From: a virus
DNA length: 64,000 bases
Direction: 5' to 3' (one strand)
IMG/VR virus record: IMGVR_UViG_3300007734_000753
Coordinates: 12,731 to 76,730 of that record
Part shown: one piece after another, positions 28,330 to 39,016 of the stretch
Position numbering within the stretch: the stretch's first letter is position 1
Layout of the letters: every line of letters starts with the position of its first letter
Notes under the pieces: model-generated
The model's input: only the letters and a program-made list of their open reading frames with translations
Told to the model about the DNA's origin: nothing
Databases searched by the model: none
Translations under genes and position numbers: made by a program

Positions 28330-31278
28330 ATGGCAGTGTCAGCAAAAAATTATCGTTTCGTATCCCCCGGCATCGTGACTCAAGAAATTGATCGTTCGCG
28401 TATTCCAAACGCCCCCGCTCCAATCGGACCAGTTGTGATTGGTCGTGCAGAGAGAGGTCCAGCTTTTACACCAGTAACAGTTACTTCTTTTGATGAATTT
28501 ACAAGCACATTTGGTAATCCAGTTCCCGGTGGTGTTGGTGGCGATGTTTGGAGAGATGGAAATAAAACCTCTCCAATGTATGGTACATATGCTGCACAAG
28601 CTTGGTTGAAAAATGGTCAAGCATTGACTTATGTTAGAGTACTCGGTGATCAGTCTGATTCGGCTACAACGAACGGTAAAGCAGGTTGGAGCTTTGATGC
28701 GCCAACAACTACTAATTTCAAGGGTGCTTATGGTTTATTCGTTGCCCCTTCTGGTGCTGCCCCCGTAACTGGTGCTTTGGCAGCGGTTTGGTATTGTGGT
28801 ACTGGCAATGGCTCTACCGACAGAGTTCCTGTTTTAGTGGGGACAACCCCCGGTTTGGCAGCCAATGTAGCTGGCACTTGTGGTTTTGTATCTACAACCG
28901 ATGGAACATTTACTGCTTACTTGTCTGGTTCTAGTGGCGCTGCTTTAGGACCATATAAATTCAGTTTAGATAAAACAAAGCCAAATTATATTAGAAAAGT
29001 ATTCAACACCGATCCAACTCTTGTTGGTAAGTCTACTGCGTTTGGTGGAACTTCATACTTCTTAGGTGAAACCTTTGAGGACGTATATACTAACAATACA
29101 AATACAGCTGGTTGGTCTTCAACTACAAATTACTATGCTGTAATTTTACCATTGACTGATGGTACTACAAATTTTGCAAATCGTAAGTTTGCATATCAGC
29201 CAGCAAAATCTGGTTGGATTATTAGCCAAGATACCAGCGCCGATACCAGCTCATTTACAATAACTGGTGCAAATGGCACAGTAACAGGCTCTTTCTTCAA
29301 TAGCGGAAGAGTAAAGAAGCTATTTAGATTTGCTGCTCTAAACTCTGGCGAGTGGATACAAAACAATCTAAAAATTGCCATTACAAACATTACTGCTCCA
29401 ACCAACATCAATGTAAATCCTTATGCTACATTTGATGTAGAATTGAGACTATTATTCGATCAAGATACAAATAAGAAAGTAGTTGAATCATTTAGTGGTT
29501 GTACTCTAAACGCTAATTCTGATTCATTTATTGCCAAAGTAATAGGTGATAAGTATGTAGACTATGATGAAACAAACGGCAGATTAGTTGAATATGGAAG
29601 CAATGAAAACAAATCAAGATATGTTCGCGTTGAAATGAATGACGAATTTATCAATGGTACATCCGATTATGTTCCATTTGGTACAACTTTCCCCGTTGTT
29701 TACAAAAGCGCAACTATATCTGCGGCGAATGTCGGTGGCGCAGGCACACTAGCTGGAAATAAATACTTTGGTGACAAAACATATGCAGCAGCTTCTGCTT
29801 CCGCAACTGTTGCAATAACTGGTGCCATTTCTTCACAATGGGACTATCCAATTCCTTTATATAGAACTACAACCTCTGGTTTGAGTTCTCTAAAGTTTGC
29901 CTATTTCGGCGCTCAACCAGTTTCTGATTCTGGCGTTGTTGCAGGTTCTGTGATTGATGTTCTAAGAATGAATGCGGCGTTAGCGGGTGCGGCTTCTTAT
30001 GACCCCGATGATACTAATACTGCTTATTCTGCAATTATCACTTTAGATAATGTCAAATATAGCACAACCTTGGGGTCTAATAGCAACCCATATTCTGATT
30101 TATCTTACGCTAACAATGCAAGATCGAGTGGCGTTTCTTTGACCGCAACTGGCTCTTTACCAAGCACGTTACCACAAGCAGCAACTGTTTCTGGAACATA
30201 CAAAGCCCCGTTGGCTCTTGGTATAAATAAATTCTGTTCATATTTCTATAATGGTTCTGATGGTTTTGACATAATAGAGTCAAATCCTCTAAGAAATGGT
30301 TTGATTGCAACAAATGCAACTGCTCAAAATGATTACAGATTTTTCTCATATCAAAGAGCAATTGACACTGTAAAGAACCCTGAAATTGCACAATACAACG
30401 CAATTACTGTTCCCGGCTTAACAATTCAATCATTGCACAACCGTCTAATCAATAATACAGAAACAAGAGCAGATGCCTTGGCAATCGTTGATGTTCCTAA
30501 AGGTTACAATCCAGAAGCCGAATGGCAATGGTTTACCCAAACAAACACAACCGATGTACCAACCAAGGGCACTGCGTATATGGGCAATGTAAACGATGCT
30601 GTATCCTTATGGACAACTCGCGCTTATAATAGCAATTATGCCTGCGCCTACTATCCATGGGTACAAATTAGAGATGCTGTAAATGGCACAAATGTATGGG
30701 TTCCACCTTCAGTTGTTGCTTTCGGCGCAATGGCTTATACAGACGCAGTTCAAGCTCCTTGGTTTGCTCCTGCTGGTTTCAACCGTGGTGGTTTATCAAG
30801 TGGTATTGCTGGCTTACCAGTAATCAATACTGCTCTCAAGCTATTCCAAACTGATAGAGATACTCTTTATAACATCAACATCAATCCAATTGCTTCGTTC
30901 CCCAATGAAGGCGTTGTGATCTTTGGTCAAAAGACTCTACAGGTTGAGAGAAGTGCTCTCGATAGAATCAATGTCCGCAGACTATTGATTTACGTCAAGA
31001 GCGGTATTTCTCAAATTGCTTCAAGAATTCTATTTGAGCAAAACATCCAAGACACTTGGAATAGATTTATTGGTCAAGCAGAACCCTTCTTGGCTGATGT
31101 GAAATCAAGATTCGGCTTGGTTGATTACAAGTTCCTATTAGATCAAACAACAACCACACCAGATTTGATTGACCAAAATACTCTATATGCTAAAGTATAC
31201 TTGAAGCCAGCCAGAGCAATTGAATTTATTGCACTTGACTTCATCATCACAAATACTGGCGCTTCTTTTGAGGACTAA
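28330..31278 (+). CDS. Contractile tail sheath protein (gp18-like)
   Basis: SPGIVTQEID, PWFAPAGFNRG, INPIASF, GQKTLQ..SALDRINVRRL and KPARAIEFI motifs. Confidence 0.95.
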   Translation: MAVSAKNYRFVSPGIVTQEIDRSRIPNAPAPIGPVVIGRAERGPAFTPVTVTSFDEFTSTFGNPVPGGVGGDVWRDGNKTSPMYGTYAAQAWLKNGQALTYVRVLGDQSDSATTNGKAGWSFDAPTTTNFKGAYGLFVAPSGAAPVTGALAAVWYCGTGNGSTDRVPVLVGTTPGLAANVAGTCGFVSTTDGTFTAYLSGSSGAALGPYKFSLDKTKPNYIRKVFNTDPTLVGKSTAFGGTSYFLGETFEDVYTNNTNTAGWSSTTNYYAVILPLTDGTTNFANRKFAYQPAKSGWIISQDTSADTSSFTITGANGTVTGSFFNSGRVKKLFRFAALNSGEWIQNNLKIAITNITAPTNINVNPYATFDVELRLLFDQDTNKKVVESFSGCTLNANSDSFIAKVIGDKYVDYDETNGRLVEYGSNENKSRYVRVEMNDEFINGTSDYVPFGTTFPVVYKSATISAANVGGAGTLAGNKYFGDKTYAAASASATVAITGAISSQWDYPIPLYRTTTSGLSSLKFAYFGAQPVSDSGVVAGSVIDVLRMNAALAGAASYDPDDTNTAYSAIITLDNVKYSTTLGSNSNPYSDLSYANNARSSGVSLTATGSLPSTLPQAATVSGTYKAPLALGINKFCSYFYNGSDGFDIIESNPLRNGLIATNATAQNDYRFFSYQRAIDTVKNPEIAQYNAITVPGLTIQSLHNRLINNTETRADALAIVDVPKGYNPEAEWQWFTQTNTTDVPTKGTAYMGNVNDAVSLWTTRAYNSNYACAYYPWVQIRDAVNGTNVWVPPSVVAFGAMAYTDAVQAPWFAPAGFNRGGLSSGIAGLPVINTALKLFQTDRDTLYNININPIASFPNEGVVIFGQKTLQVERSALDRINVRRLLIYVKSGISQIASRILFEQNIQDTWNRFIGQAEPFLADVKSRFGLVDYKFLLDQTTTTPDLIDQNTLYAKVYLKPARAIEFIALDFIITNTGASFED

Positions 31279-31294
31279 ATAAATTTGTCAGGGA

Positions 31295-31302
31295 ACTATA
31301 TA
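31295..31302 (+). promoter_or_regulatory. Late promoter variant ACTATATA
   Basis: Intergenic, before the tail tube gene. Confidence 0.5.
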
Positions 31303-31330
31303 TTTTATAAAGTAAGGAGAAAGTAAAAAC

Positions 31331-31918
31331 ATGGCAAGCCCCCTAACACCTTGGACTCCCGGCTTTGAGCCAAAAAGAGAACATAAGTTTATATTGGAAC
31401 TACAAAACATCAGCGCATATTTTATTACTGATGTTACTATTCCAAAAGCAACTATCACAGATACAGCGAAGCATAATTTTCTTTCTCATACTTTCAAGTT
31501 CCCCGGCAAATTATCTTGGGGTGATTCAACATTTACTCTTGTAGATCCAATCGATCTCAATGCAGTGGATTTATTTATGAGACACCTAAAAGCTTCTGGC
31601 TACGTATTTCCAAGCAGCTTTGAGATAAACGACCCAACAAATTCAACTTATTACCTAAAAACAATAAAGAAGAGTTTTGTTAGCGCAAATAATCAGATTC
31701 AAGGTATGACAATAAAATCCATAGACTCTGATGGCAATCCAATCGAAGCTTGGACTCTAAAAAATGCTTTCATAAAAGATTTAGATTTTGGTAATTACAA
31801 GTATGACACAGAAGGTCTAAAGAACGTGAAAACAATTGTTTCATGTGATTGGGTTGATTACGAGAGCTTCCGTTCTATTGATGGTGTCCTCATAAATACC
31901 AAAACTATAGGTGGGTAA
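31331..31918 (+). CDS. Tail tube protein (gp19-like)
   Basis: EPKREHKF, KFPGKLSW, TLVDP and IEAWTLKNAF motifs; follows the sheath. Confidence 0.85.
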   Translation: MASPLTPWTPGFEPKREHKFILELQNISAYFITDVTIPKATITDTAKHNFLSHTFKFPGKLSWGDSTFTLVDPIDLNAVDLFMRHLKASGYVFPSSFEINDPTNSTYYLKTIKKSFVSANNQIQGMTIKSIDSDGNPIEAWTLKNAFIKDLDFGNYKYDTEGLKNVKTIVSCDWVDYESFRSIDGVLINTKTIGG

Positions 31919-31921
31919 TAG

Positions 31922-32548
31922 ATGGCTGAAATAAAGCCCGAAAAAGTTGTTTCCAGCTTATTTGGTGCTTATCTTGATGCTCCATTAGTTCCAGAATATG
32001 CTTTCAAGAGCGCTCAACAATCTCACAGATTTATACTTGAAGTTCAAGGTCTAAATGTTGCATTTGTTAAAGAGGTAAAGCGCCCATCTTTTTCAATAGA
32101 GTATCAAGAATTTGATCATTTAGGATATATAACCAAATTTCCTAAAAAAATAAAATGGGATAACATTTCGTTTACAGTTATTGAAACCTATGATTATAGA
32201 GCCTTGGGTACTGTTTTGGGCAATATGATACATAAAGCACAAACAACGGCATATAGATACCCAACAAACATCATATCATCTCAATTTTTTAACTTATCAA
32301 AGAAAAATCTGATAAACGATTTTGGTAATATAAATATAAAAACTATTGATCCAGATGGCAATGTTGTCGATACGTGGCGCATATACAATCCAATGGTATC
32401 AAAAATTACACCATCACAGTTGAGTTATGCTTCTGATGACTTAACAAATACACAAGTTGAGCTAACATATGATTGGGCAGAATACTATCTATCTAGCGAC
32501 ATTAGACCCGGTAAATTAGCTCAAGTAGGCATAGATAGAATTTTTTAA
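31922..32548 (+). CDS. Second tail-tube paralog
   Basis: Same motif order: HRFIL, KRPSF, KFPKKIKW, DPDGNVVDTW, LTYDWA. Confidence 0.75.
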   Translation: MAEIKPEKVVSSLFGAYLDAPLVPEYAFKSAQQSHRFILEVQGLNVAFVKEVKRPSFSIEYQEFDHLGYITKFPKKIKWDNISFTVIETYDYRALGTVLGNMIHKAQTTAYRYPTNIISSQFFNLSKKNLINDFGNINIKTIDPDGNVVDTWRIYNPMVSKITPSQLSYASDDLTNTQVELTYDWAEYYLSSDIRPGKLAQVGIDRIF

Positions 32549-32560
32549 TAAGAGGTTATA

Positions 32561-33418
32561 ATGAGTAGCAGAAATAACGGGAGCAGATTTTCTGCTCCTT
32601 TGATGCCAGAAGATTTGAGAAGTCAAATGATGGCAGCCAGTGTTCATCAACAAAATCAAGCATCATATCAAACACCAACGGAAGTTGTTGAATTACCATC
32701 AAAAGGATTGTTTTATCCAGAAGGGCATCCTTTGCATAATGCAGAAACAGTTGAAATAAAGTTCATGACAACCAAAGAGGAAGACATTTTGACTTCACCA
32801 ACATTGGTGGAAAAAGGTATTGTCTTTGATAAACTTATTGAGAGTATTTTGGTTGATAAAAGAATTGATGTTTCCAGCCTAATAACTGGTGACAGAAATG
32901 CGATTTTATCAAGAGCAAGAATTTCAGCATATGGTCCCGAGTATTCATTTGCAGCATCGTGCCCTTCCTGCTCTACAATACAAAAAGTTGATCATTTATT
33001 TACAGAGCTAAAGAATAAAGAAATTTCCTACGATGAACTTGAAATAGAAAATGGTCTTTTCAAGCTTACTCTTCCAAAAAGCGGTGCAGTTGTGCATATG
33101 AAACTTTTGACAGGTAGAGATGAAAAAGAGATTGCCGAAGAACAAAAAAGAAGAATAAAAGCAAACCTTCCAGAAGAGCAGCTTGTTTTGACTTATAGAA
33201 AAATGATTGTGAAAGTAAATGGTAATGATGATATATTTGCAATTGCTAATTTCGTCACTTCAATGCCAATTTTGGACTCAAGATATATACGTAAGACTTA
33301 TGCAGAAATAAAACCAGATCTAGATTTGACATATCGCTTTCAGTGCCAAAAATGTGGTCATGTCGATGATGGAGGTGTTGTCTCTATTACTGGAGACTTT
33401 TTTTGGCCTCAACTCTGA
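32561..33418 (+). CDS. Baseplate hub / tail assembly chaperone (gp26-like)
   Basis: ELPSKG.FYP, MTTKEEDIL and GDRNAIL..ARI..YG motifs, two CxxC pairs, ends FFWP. Confidence 0.75.
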   Translation: MSSRNNGSRFSAPLMPEDLRSQMMAASVHQQNQASYQTPTEVVELPSKGLFYPEGHPLHNAETVEIKFMTTKEEDILTSPTLVEKGIVFDKLIESILVDKRIDVSSLITGDRNAILSRARISAYGPEYSFAASCPSCSTIQKVDHLFTELKNKEISYDELEIENGLFKLTLPKSGAVVHMKLLTGRDEKEIAEEQKRRIKANLPEEQLVLTYRKMIVKVNGNDDIFAIANFVTSMPILDSRYIRKTYAEIKPDLDLTYRFQCQKCGHVDDGGVVSITGDFFWPQL

Positions 33419-33572
33419 TTATATTCATAGTGTTTATGACAAGATTTTTTATATGATTCAATTGGGTAATTGGCGCTTTTTTGAGGTTCACGCTATTCCT
33501 GTTACCTTGAGAAACTGGTTTTTTGATAAATTGCTTGAATATATGCAGAAGCAAAATACAACAAATAATTAG
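33398..33572 (+). CDS. gp51-like extension, probably reached by frameshift at T7
   Basis: The overlapping frame reads FFGLNSDYIHSVYDKIFYMIQLGNWRFFEVHAIPVTLRNWFF and has no good start of its own. Confidence 0.6.
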
Positions 33573-33579
33573 TTTCTCT

Positions 33580-33587
33580 ACTATTTA
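33580..33587 (+). promoter_or_regulatory. Late promoter ACTATTTA
   Basis: Upstream of the tape measure gene. Confidence 0.7.
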
Positions 33588-33606
33588 GGTATTGAAGGGA
33601 TAAAAA

Positions 33607-35178
33607 ATGGCTGAAATTAGTGCGGAAGAAAAAGTACTTTCATCAAGTAAAGCTCTTTTTGATTTAGCCAAAGGCACCAAAGACGCTTTTTCTGATATTG
33701 TAACCAAAATTGATGATTCAACAACTGCAGCAAATGGTCTAAGAATACAATTTCAGCAAGCGTTTGGCATATTTGATGCCCAACAGGGCAGAGATTTGGT
33801 AAAAAGATTTGCCGATATAAGCAGTGAACTAATGTCACAAGGTATATCCGCAGAAAAATTAGGAGAAGCTTATAAAGTAGTAGGCACTGGAATCAATAAT
33901 TTTATTATTAATAGAAGCAGTGAAGCTGTTGAGTCTTTTTCTAAATTAGCTGCCATAAACAGTAAATTTGGCGTGGATATGCAAAGCACAGTTGGTGTAA
34001 TTAATTATTTATCAACTGGGTTTAACAAAAGCACCGAAGATATAACTAAATTCTCAAATAAACTGATGCAGTTTTCTAGAGAAACTGGTCAAGAATTTCG
34101 AAAAGTTTTTCAAGACTTTAATGAATCTATTAGAAGTTTCTATACAATTTTAGATCCAGACAAAGCAGCGACTCAATTTATGTCTTTTCAACAAATGGCA
34201 AAAGGCTTTGGAAGCACTATTGATAAGTTGATGGATACCGCTGCAAAATTCGACAACATTGAAGAAGGTGTGGAATTTGGCGCAAAACTAAACAATGTTT
34301 TATCAGCCGTTGGCGGTTCATTTGATGCAATGTATGCATCAACAGCAAACTATGATGATAGAATAAAACTTATTATTCAAAGTATCGCCAATTCTAGAGA
34401 TCAAATAACTGCAATGTCCGAAGTTTCTCAAAGAGCGTATGTCAGGCAGCTAGAGCAGACAACTGGTCTTGGTGGGCAAACAATTCAAGCGATCCTGAGA
34501 AACGATAAATTGGTTGAAAGTATGGATCAACTTACCAGCAAACAGTTTGACCAAATAAAAGAAGCACCGGTTGATCAAATGGCTGATAATTTTACAACGT
34601 TTCAAGATCGTGCAAACTTATTTATGAATCAGTATTTGAAAGTTGGTGCGCGCCTAGAAGGCTTCTTTGACCAATCAAGTAAAAATGTTAGAGATACACA
34701 AAAGAAAATACTAGATACAACAACAGCAATGGTTACCTCCGCAAGAACCGCACAAGAATTACTATTAAATTTAAAATCCGCTTTCTCTAAAGATAAATTA
34801 GAAGATCTTTATAATAAAGCAGTATCAGAAGTTGAAAAAAATGCAGAAAGTTTAAGAAAATCTATTAAAAGCTCTCTAGGCGAAGGTTCTTCGGGGGGCG
34901 TAGAATATAAAGTAAAACAACCCGGCAAACCAGAATCGCCCGCTGGGGGCGGAAAGATTCCAGTATATAATCCAAATACAATGAGAGAAGATGTAAAGCA
35001 AGGAGCCACTGATGGTATTGCTGCGGGCACAAAACAAGCACTAATAGATATATCAAAAGCAGCTATTGCCAAACATGAAATTGTTGTTCATGTCAAGCCA
35101 ACAGATGTAATGATAGCACTAATACAAGGCGGAACAGCCTCTAGAGCATTAGGTGCCGCCATAGGTCAAACGCCATAG
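33607..35178 (+). CDS. Tape measure protein
   Basis: Helical Ala/Gln-rich protein between the chaperone and baseplate genes. Confidence 0.7.
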   Translation: MAEISAEEKVLSSSKALFDLAKGTKDAFSDIVTKIDDSTTAANGLRIQFQQAFGIFDAQQGRDLVKRFADISSELMSQGISAEKLGEAYKVVGTGINNFIINRSSEAVESFSKLAAINSKFGVDMQSTVGVINYLSTGFNKSTEDITKFSNKLMQFSRETGQEFRKVFQDFNESIRSFYTILDPDKAATQFMSFQQMAKGFGSTIDKLMDTAAKFDNIEEGVEFGAKLNNVLSAVGGSFDAMYASTANYDDRIKLIIQSIANSRDQITAMSEVSQRAYVRQLEQTTGLGGQTIQAILRNDKLVESMDQLTSKQFDQIKEAPVDQMADNFTTFQDRANLFMNQYLKVGARLEGFFDQSSKNVRDTQKKILDTTTAMVTSARTAQELLLNLKSAFSKDKLEDLYNKAVSEVEKNAESLRKSIKSSLGEGSSGGVEYKVKQPGKPESPAGGGKIPVYNPNTMREDVKQGATDGIAAGTKQALIDISKAAIAKHEIVVHVKPTDVMIALIQGGTASRALGAAIGQTP

Positions 35179-35202
35179 GTAAATAACGAAGGAAATAAAT
35201 AA

Positions 35203-35967
35203 ATGTCTGTTCTTTCAGATCCAAAACTTCAATATGCTCTGCCAATGGAAAACGAGATTCGTCTCACTTATCCATTTGCAAATCTATATTTTACATTTCC
35301 AACAAAGCCATATGATGGCAATGAAATTTACTTTGCATCTTATCTAAAAAAAATAACCGATACAGTATCTCCCGAATACACTCCAACGCATGTATTTGGT
35401 CGTTCAGATCCTGTTGCAACTTATAAAAAGACAAGCAGAAAAATTTCTGTAGAGTTTGACATTCCAGCATATACAGAATTCGATGCTAACGAAATAATGA
35501 AAAAGCTAAACATTCTGATCAAAAATTTGTATCCCGGTTATTTAGAAAACCGAGGGCAATCAATAATAAATTCCCCTCCTTTGGTTAGACTAAAATATGC
35601 AAATATAATAAACAATCCTTTCAATGGCGATTCTGGGCTTCTTGGCTATCCAGATAATGTTGCTATTTCTCATGCGTTCGATACTGCTGGTGTATTTGTA
35701 TTTGCAAATGAAAATACAAAAGACGGTTTCTTGTTTGCAAAATCATATTCTCTTACTTTTGGTTTTACAGTGCTGCATGAAGAAGTTGTTGGGTGGGATG
35801 ATAAAAATCAGAAATTCAAGACTGATAATTATCCTTATAAAACAGTTCAGCAAGAACTAATACCAGCATCTGCTAAAATTGGTACAGCAATCTCTAATTT
35901 GAGAGGCTCTTTAGTACAAAGTCCAGCGGCTGCAAAAGGTCTTACATTGGTTTTCGGGGCGGGCTAA
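35203..35967 (+). CDS. Baseplate tube-initiator protein (gp48/54-like)
   Basis: VFGRSDPV.TY..T.RKIS..F, LYP and SPPLVRL motifs. Confidence 0.65.
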   Translation: MSVLSDPKLQYALPMENEIRLTYPFANLYFTFPTKPYDGNEIYFASYLKKITDTVSPEYTPTHVFGRSDPVATYKKTSRKISVEFDIPAYTEFDANEIMKKLNILIKNLYPGYLENRGQSIINSPPLVRLKYANIINNPFNGDSGLLGYPDNVAISHAFDTAGVFVFANENTKDGFLFAKSYSLTFGFTVLHEEVVGWDDKNQKFKTDNYPYKTVQQELIPASAKIGTAISNLRGSLVQSPAAAKGLTLVFGAG

Positions 35968-35970
35968 CAC

Positions 35971-36318
35971 ATGGCTGATTCAAGATATAGAAAAGTATTT
36001 CCTGTTTATAACGTTGATGAAGGCTATCAAAAGCTTTATACATATTCTAGGTTTAGCCCAAAAGGTATCAAACAGTTACCAACGTTGAACCTAAAATACC
36101 CATCACAAAAACAAATTTTATCTTACACAATTCAATCAGAAATTTGGTCTGTTGGTCAAAGACTATACAAGCTAGCTGATAAGTATTATGGTGATCCGCA
36201 ATACTGGTGGGTTATTTCATTTTTCAACAAGAAGCCAACAGAACAACATTTTGCTCTTGGCGATGCTGTGCAAATACCTCTTCCTTTGAGTCAAGTTTTG
36301 AGTGATTTAGGATTATAA
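35971..36318 (+). CDS. LysM-like baseplate protein (gp53-like)
   Basis: RLYKLADKYYGDPQYWWVI..FN...GDAVQIP. Confidence 0.8.
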   Translation: MADSRYRKVFPVYNVDEGYQKLYTYSRFSPKGIKQLPTLNLKYPSQKQILSYTIQSEIWSVGQRLYKLADKYYGDPQYWWVISFFNKKPTEQHFALGDAVQIPLPLSQVLSDLGL

Positions 36319-36319
36319 A

Positions 36320-39016
36320 ATGTCAACTTTCAAGTTAGATCCTTTCTTTCCAGACAAAAATCTAAATCCACAAGGTTGGGTTACTGATTTTATTACAAGT
36401 CGCCTCCAAAGAGTTGGTCAGCAAAGAAGTGACTTGGCAAGCTTGTTATATGACGAAGTATTGTCGGAAGATGCTAAAAAGCTTGTAAAAAATGATGCAC
36501 TTGTAAAAGATATAGAAACTGCAAGAAAAAAGAATCCGAAAGATAAAACAATATATCTGAATCCTTTGTATTATGATGCTGTTGAGAGAAACACAGCAAT
36601 TTCATCACAGGTTGTAGAAGATGAAAGAGCTTTGAGAGATTATTTCAATTACATGATCAATATAAAGCCAAATGAACTTTCTTCTTTTGTTCCATACGTA
36701 AAGATGAAATTTGGTTACAAAGAACCGAATGAAAAGAAATATGAGGAAGTAGAAATCCCTTTTGTGCAAAATCTAAAAACAGAAGTTAGTTCAATACTGG
36801 CTGATAAATTCTCCAGAGGTCAAGGTGCAGGTATAACTGGAATAACAGCAGACAGGTCTTTTCCCGGTCTTGGTTTGACACTAAATGTTAGTGTAAATGT
36901 GAAATACTTCTTTAGCAGTATCTCTATCATCACTAAAAAAATCTCAAGTGCATTTATTCCGGACGATCTAAACTTTACTTATACTAAATTATTTTCTTTT
37001 TTACCATCCAGAAAACAAAAATTGTTTCTAGAATATGGTTATCATGCGAATCCGCAAGATGAAAATTTGCGATTTGCGGGCAATAAAACAACATCAATTT
37101 CTACAATAAATGATATATTGAAAGCAGAAACCAAAAGAGTGCCACTCGCTTATAAAAGTCATAAGCTAAATATACAAGAGGACGGTACAATTACAGTTGA
37201 TGTAACTTATCTAGCAGAATCTGAAGCTAAATACTTCCAAAAAAACGATGTTACATCTCCGAGTTTGGATTATATAAGTAAAATAAAAAATGAATCTTTG
37301 AGATCTGTTTTCAAGAATTATGCGGAATTGAATCAAAAGTATTATAAGATTCAAGATCAGCTAAAAGATTATACAGAGCAAGAAGTTGAGCTTCAGCAAA
37401 TTGGAAGTAACAAGAAAAAACTTGATTCAATCCGTAAAAAGAAAGAGGCAAAACAGAAAGAAAGTGTGCAAATCTCTAAAAATTTAACGATTGTAAAAGA
37501 AAAAATTGCGCCATTTGTCAAAGATTTATTTATAGACGCTCTAATAAAAAGAAATCAAGTATTTTCTGTTTCTTTTACTTCTGAAAGAAAACAAGATGAA
37601 TTCAACATCACAAGTTATTTGAGCTTGATAAAATTCAATAAAGACACTAACAAGCAAGAATTTGTTGATGTTGCTCCACCCTTTGTGACAAAAAAGAATC
37701 TAAGCGATTATAAAAAGTTTGATATAGGTGTTCTTGAAAATAATACAGTGGGTCTAACAAAAGAAAATTTATTTCAACAAATCTTAGTCAATCTCTTTGA
37801 TGGAGTAGAAAGAGCAAAAGGCTCCAACAGATTTGGTTATATTACATTCTTTCCACTAAAAGCATTATTATCAATAATGTATGAATTTTTACCAGATGAA
37901 AAAGATCCATCAATAAAGCAATCAATTCCATATATTTGTATTGGAAATGCAGTTGCTAGAAGCCTTGGAAAAGAATACTCAATAAACATTGGCGACATAC
38001 TTGTTGAGATGGAAACCTTTAGAACTTGGCTTCATAAAAATTATGTGCAGAAGAATAGAACTGAATACTCTTTCTCCTCATTTATGATTGATGTTGTTGA
38101 AGATTTAGTACCGGAAATTTTATATAGAAGGAATACTGGCTTTTACAGACAAAATGCTTTAGGTACAATAAGACACCTAAATTATTTCAAGAAGCCAAAC
38201 ATTAGCCAAGAAACATTTGATAAGGTTTATAAAAATAATGTTGATTTTACAACACTAAAGAGTATCTTCTCATCAGAAAAAGAAAAAGATGCAGAAGCGA
38301 TGATTTATTATACACAAATGCTAAATCCTCTAAATGACTATACTTCTCCTTATCATAAAAAATATATTGCCAAAAGAGTTCTTCAACAAGATTCATATGA
38401 TTTAGCCCAAGATAGCGCATTAGGCATTCCTCACGTAAGTATTGGTGCTTCTAGAGGTCTAATAAAGAAAATAAATTTCAGTGCAATTGAGCAACCATTT
38501 TTAGCTACTTCTCTTATCACTCAAGCCATGGTTGATGGGAATACTAGACTTCCAAGATATGCCTATAACATAAGTGTTGATATGTTTGGAAATAACCTTT
38601 TCAACCAAGCTGGATTCCTAGCCGTGCCTCCTTTTGGCGTGGAAGGGGATACAGATGTTATACTAGGATTGACTGGTTATTATGTCGTTACAAAAGTTTC
38701 CGATTCGTTGTCTATTGATGGTGGATATAGCACAAGCATAAATGCAATATGGCATGAAGATCCTTTGAGAAACAAACTAAAGGGTGAAGTGGCAACAACC
38801 AAAGATGCCAAACAATTTCCAGATCTGTTAGAATATATACAGTTTTCTGTTGATAATTATATAAAAGATTTGCTGGAACTAGATCCAAATACTCTAAAAG
38901 CTCTAGGTATAACAGCCAATCCAGTCAAACAAGATAAGAAAACTGATGCAGAGAAGAAGCAAGATTCCAAAAAGCAGCCAAAGAGAGATAGAAAAGAAAA
39001 CGTGGGAGCTAAATAA
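36320..39016 (+). CDS. Large baseplate hub-like protein
   Basis: FLEYGY, VDMFGN and GLTGYYVVTKVSD..GYSTSI resemble hub features; gene order. Confidence 0.55.
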   Translation: MSTFKLDPFFPDKNLNPQGWVTDFITSRLQRVGQQRSDLASLLYDEVLSEDAKKLVKNDALVKDIETARKKNPKDKTIYLNPLYYDAVERNTAISSQVVEDERALRDYFNYMINIKPNELSSFVPYVKMKFGYKEPNEKKYEEVEIPFVQNLKTEVSSILADKFSRGQGAGITGITADRSFPGLGLTLNVSVNVKYFFSSISIITKKISSAFIPDDLNFTYTKLFSFLPSRKQKLFLEYGYHANPQDENLRFAGNKTTSISTINDILKAETKRVPLAYKSHKLNIQEDGTITVDVTYLAESEAKYFQKNDVTSPSLDYISKIKNESLRSVFKNYAELNQKYYKIQDQLKDYTEQEVELQQIGSNKKKLDSIRKKKEAKQKESVQISKNLTIVKEKIAPFVKDLFIDALIKRNQVFSVSFTSERKQDEFNITSYLSLIKFNKDTNKQEFVDVAPPFVTKKNLSDYKKFDIGVLENNTVGLTKENLFQQILVNLFDGVERAKGSNRFGYITFFPLKALLSIMYEFLPDEKDPSIKQSIPYICIGNAVARSLGKEYSINIGDILVEMETFRTWLHKNYVQKNRTEYSFSSFMIDVVEDLVPEILYRRNTGFYRQNALGTIRHLNYFKKPNISQETFDKVYKNNVDFTTLKSIFSSEKEKDAEAMIYYTQMLNPLNDYTSPYHKKYIAKRVLQQDSYDLAQDSALGIPHVSIGASRGLIKKINFSAIEQPFLATSLITQAMVDGNTRLPRYAYNISVDMFGNNLFNQAGFLAVPPFGVEGDTDVILGLTGYYVVTKVSDSLSIDGGYSTSINAIWHEDPLRNKLKGEVATTKDAKQFPDLLEYIQFSVDNYIKDLLELDPNTLKALGITANPVKQDKKTDAEKKQDSKKQPKRDRKENVGAK

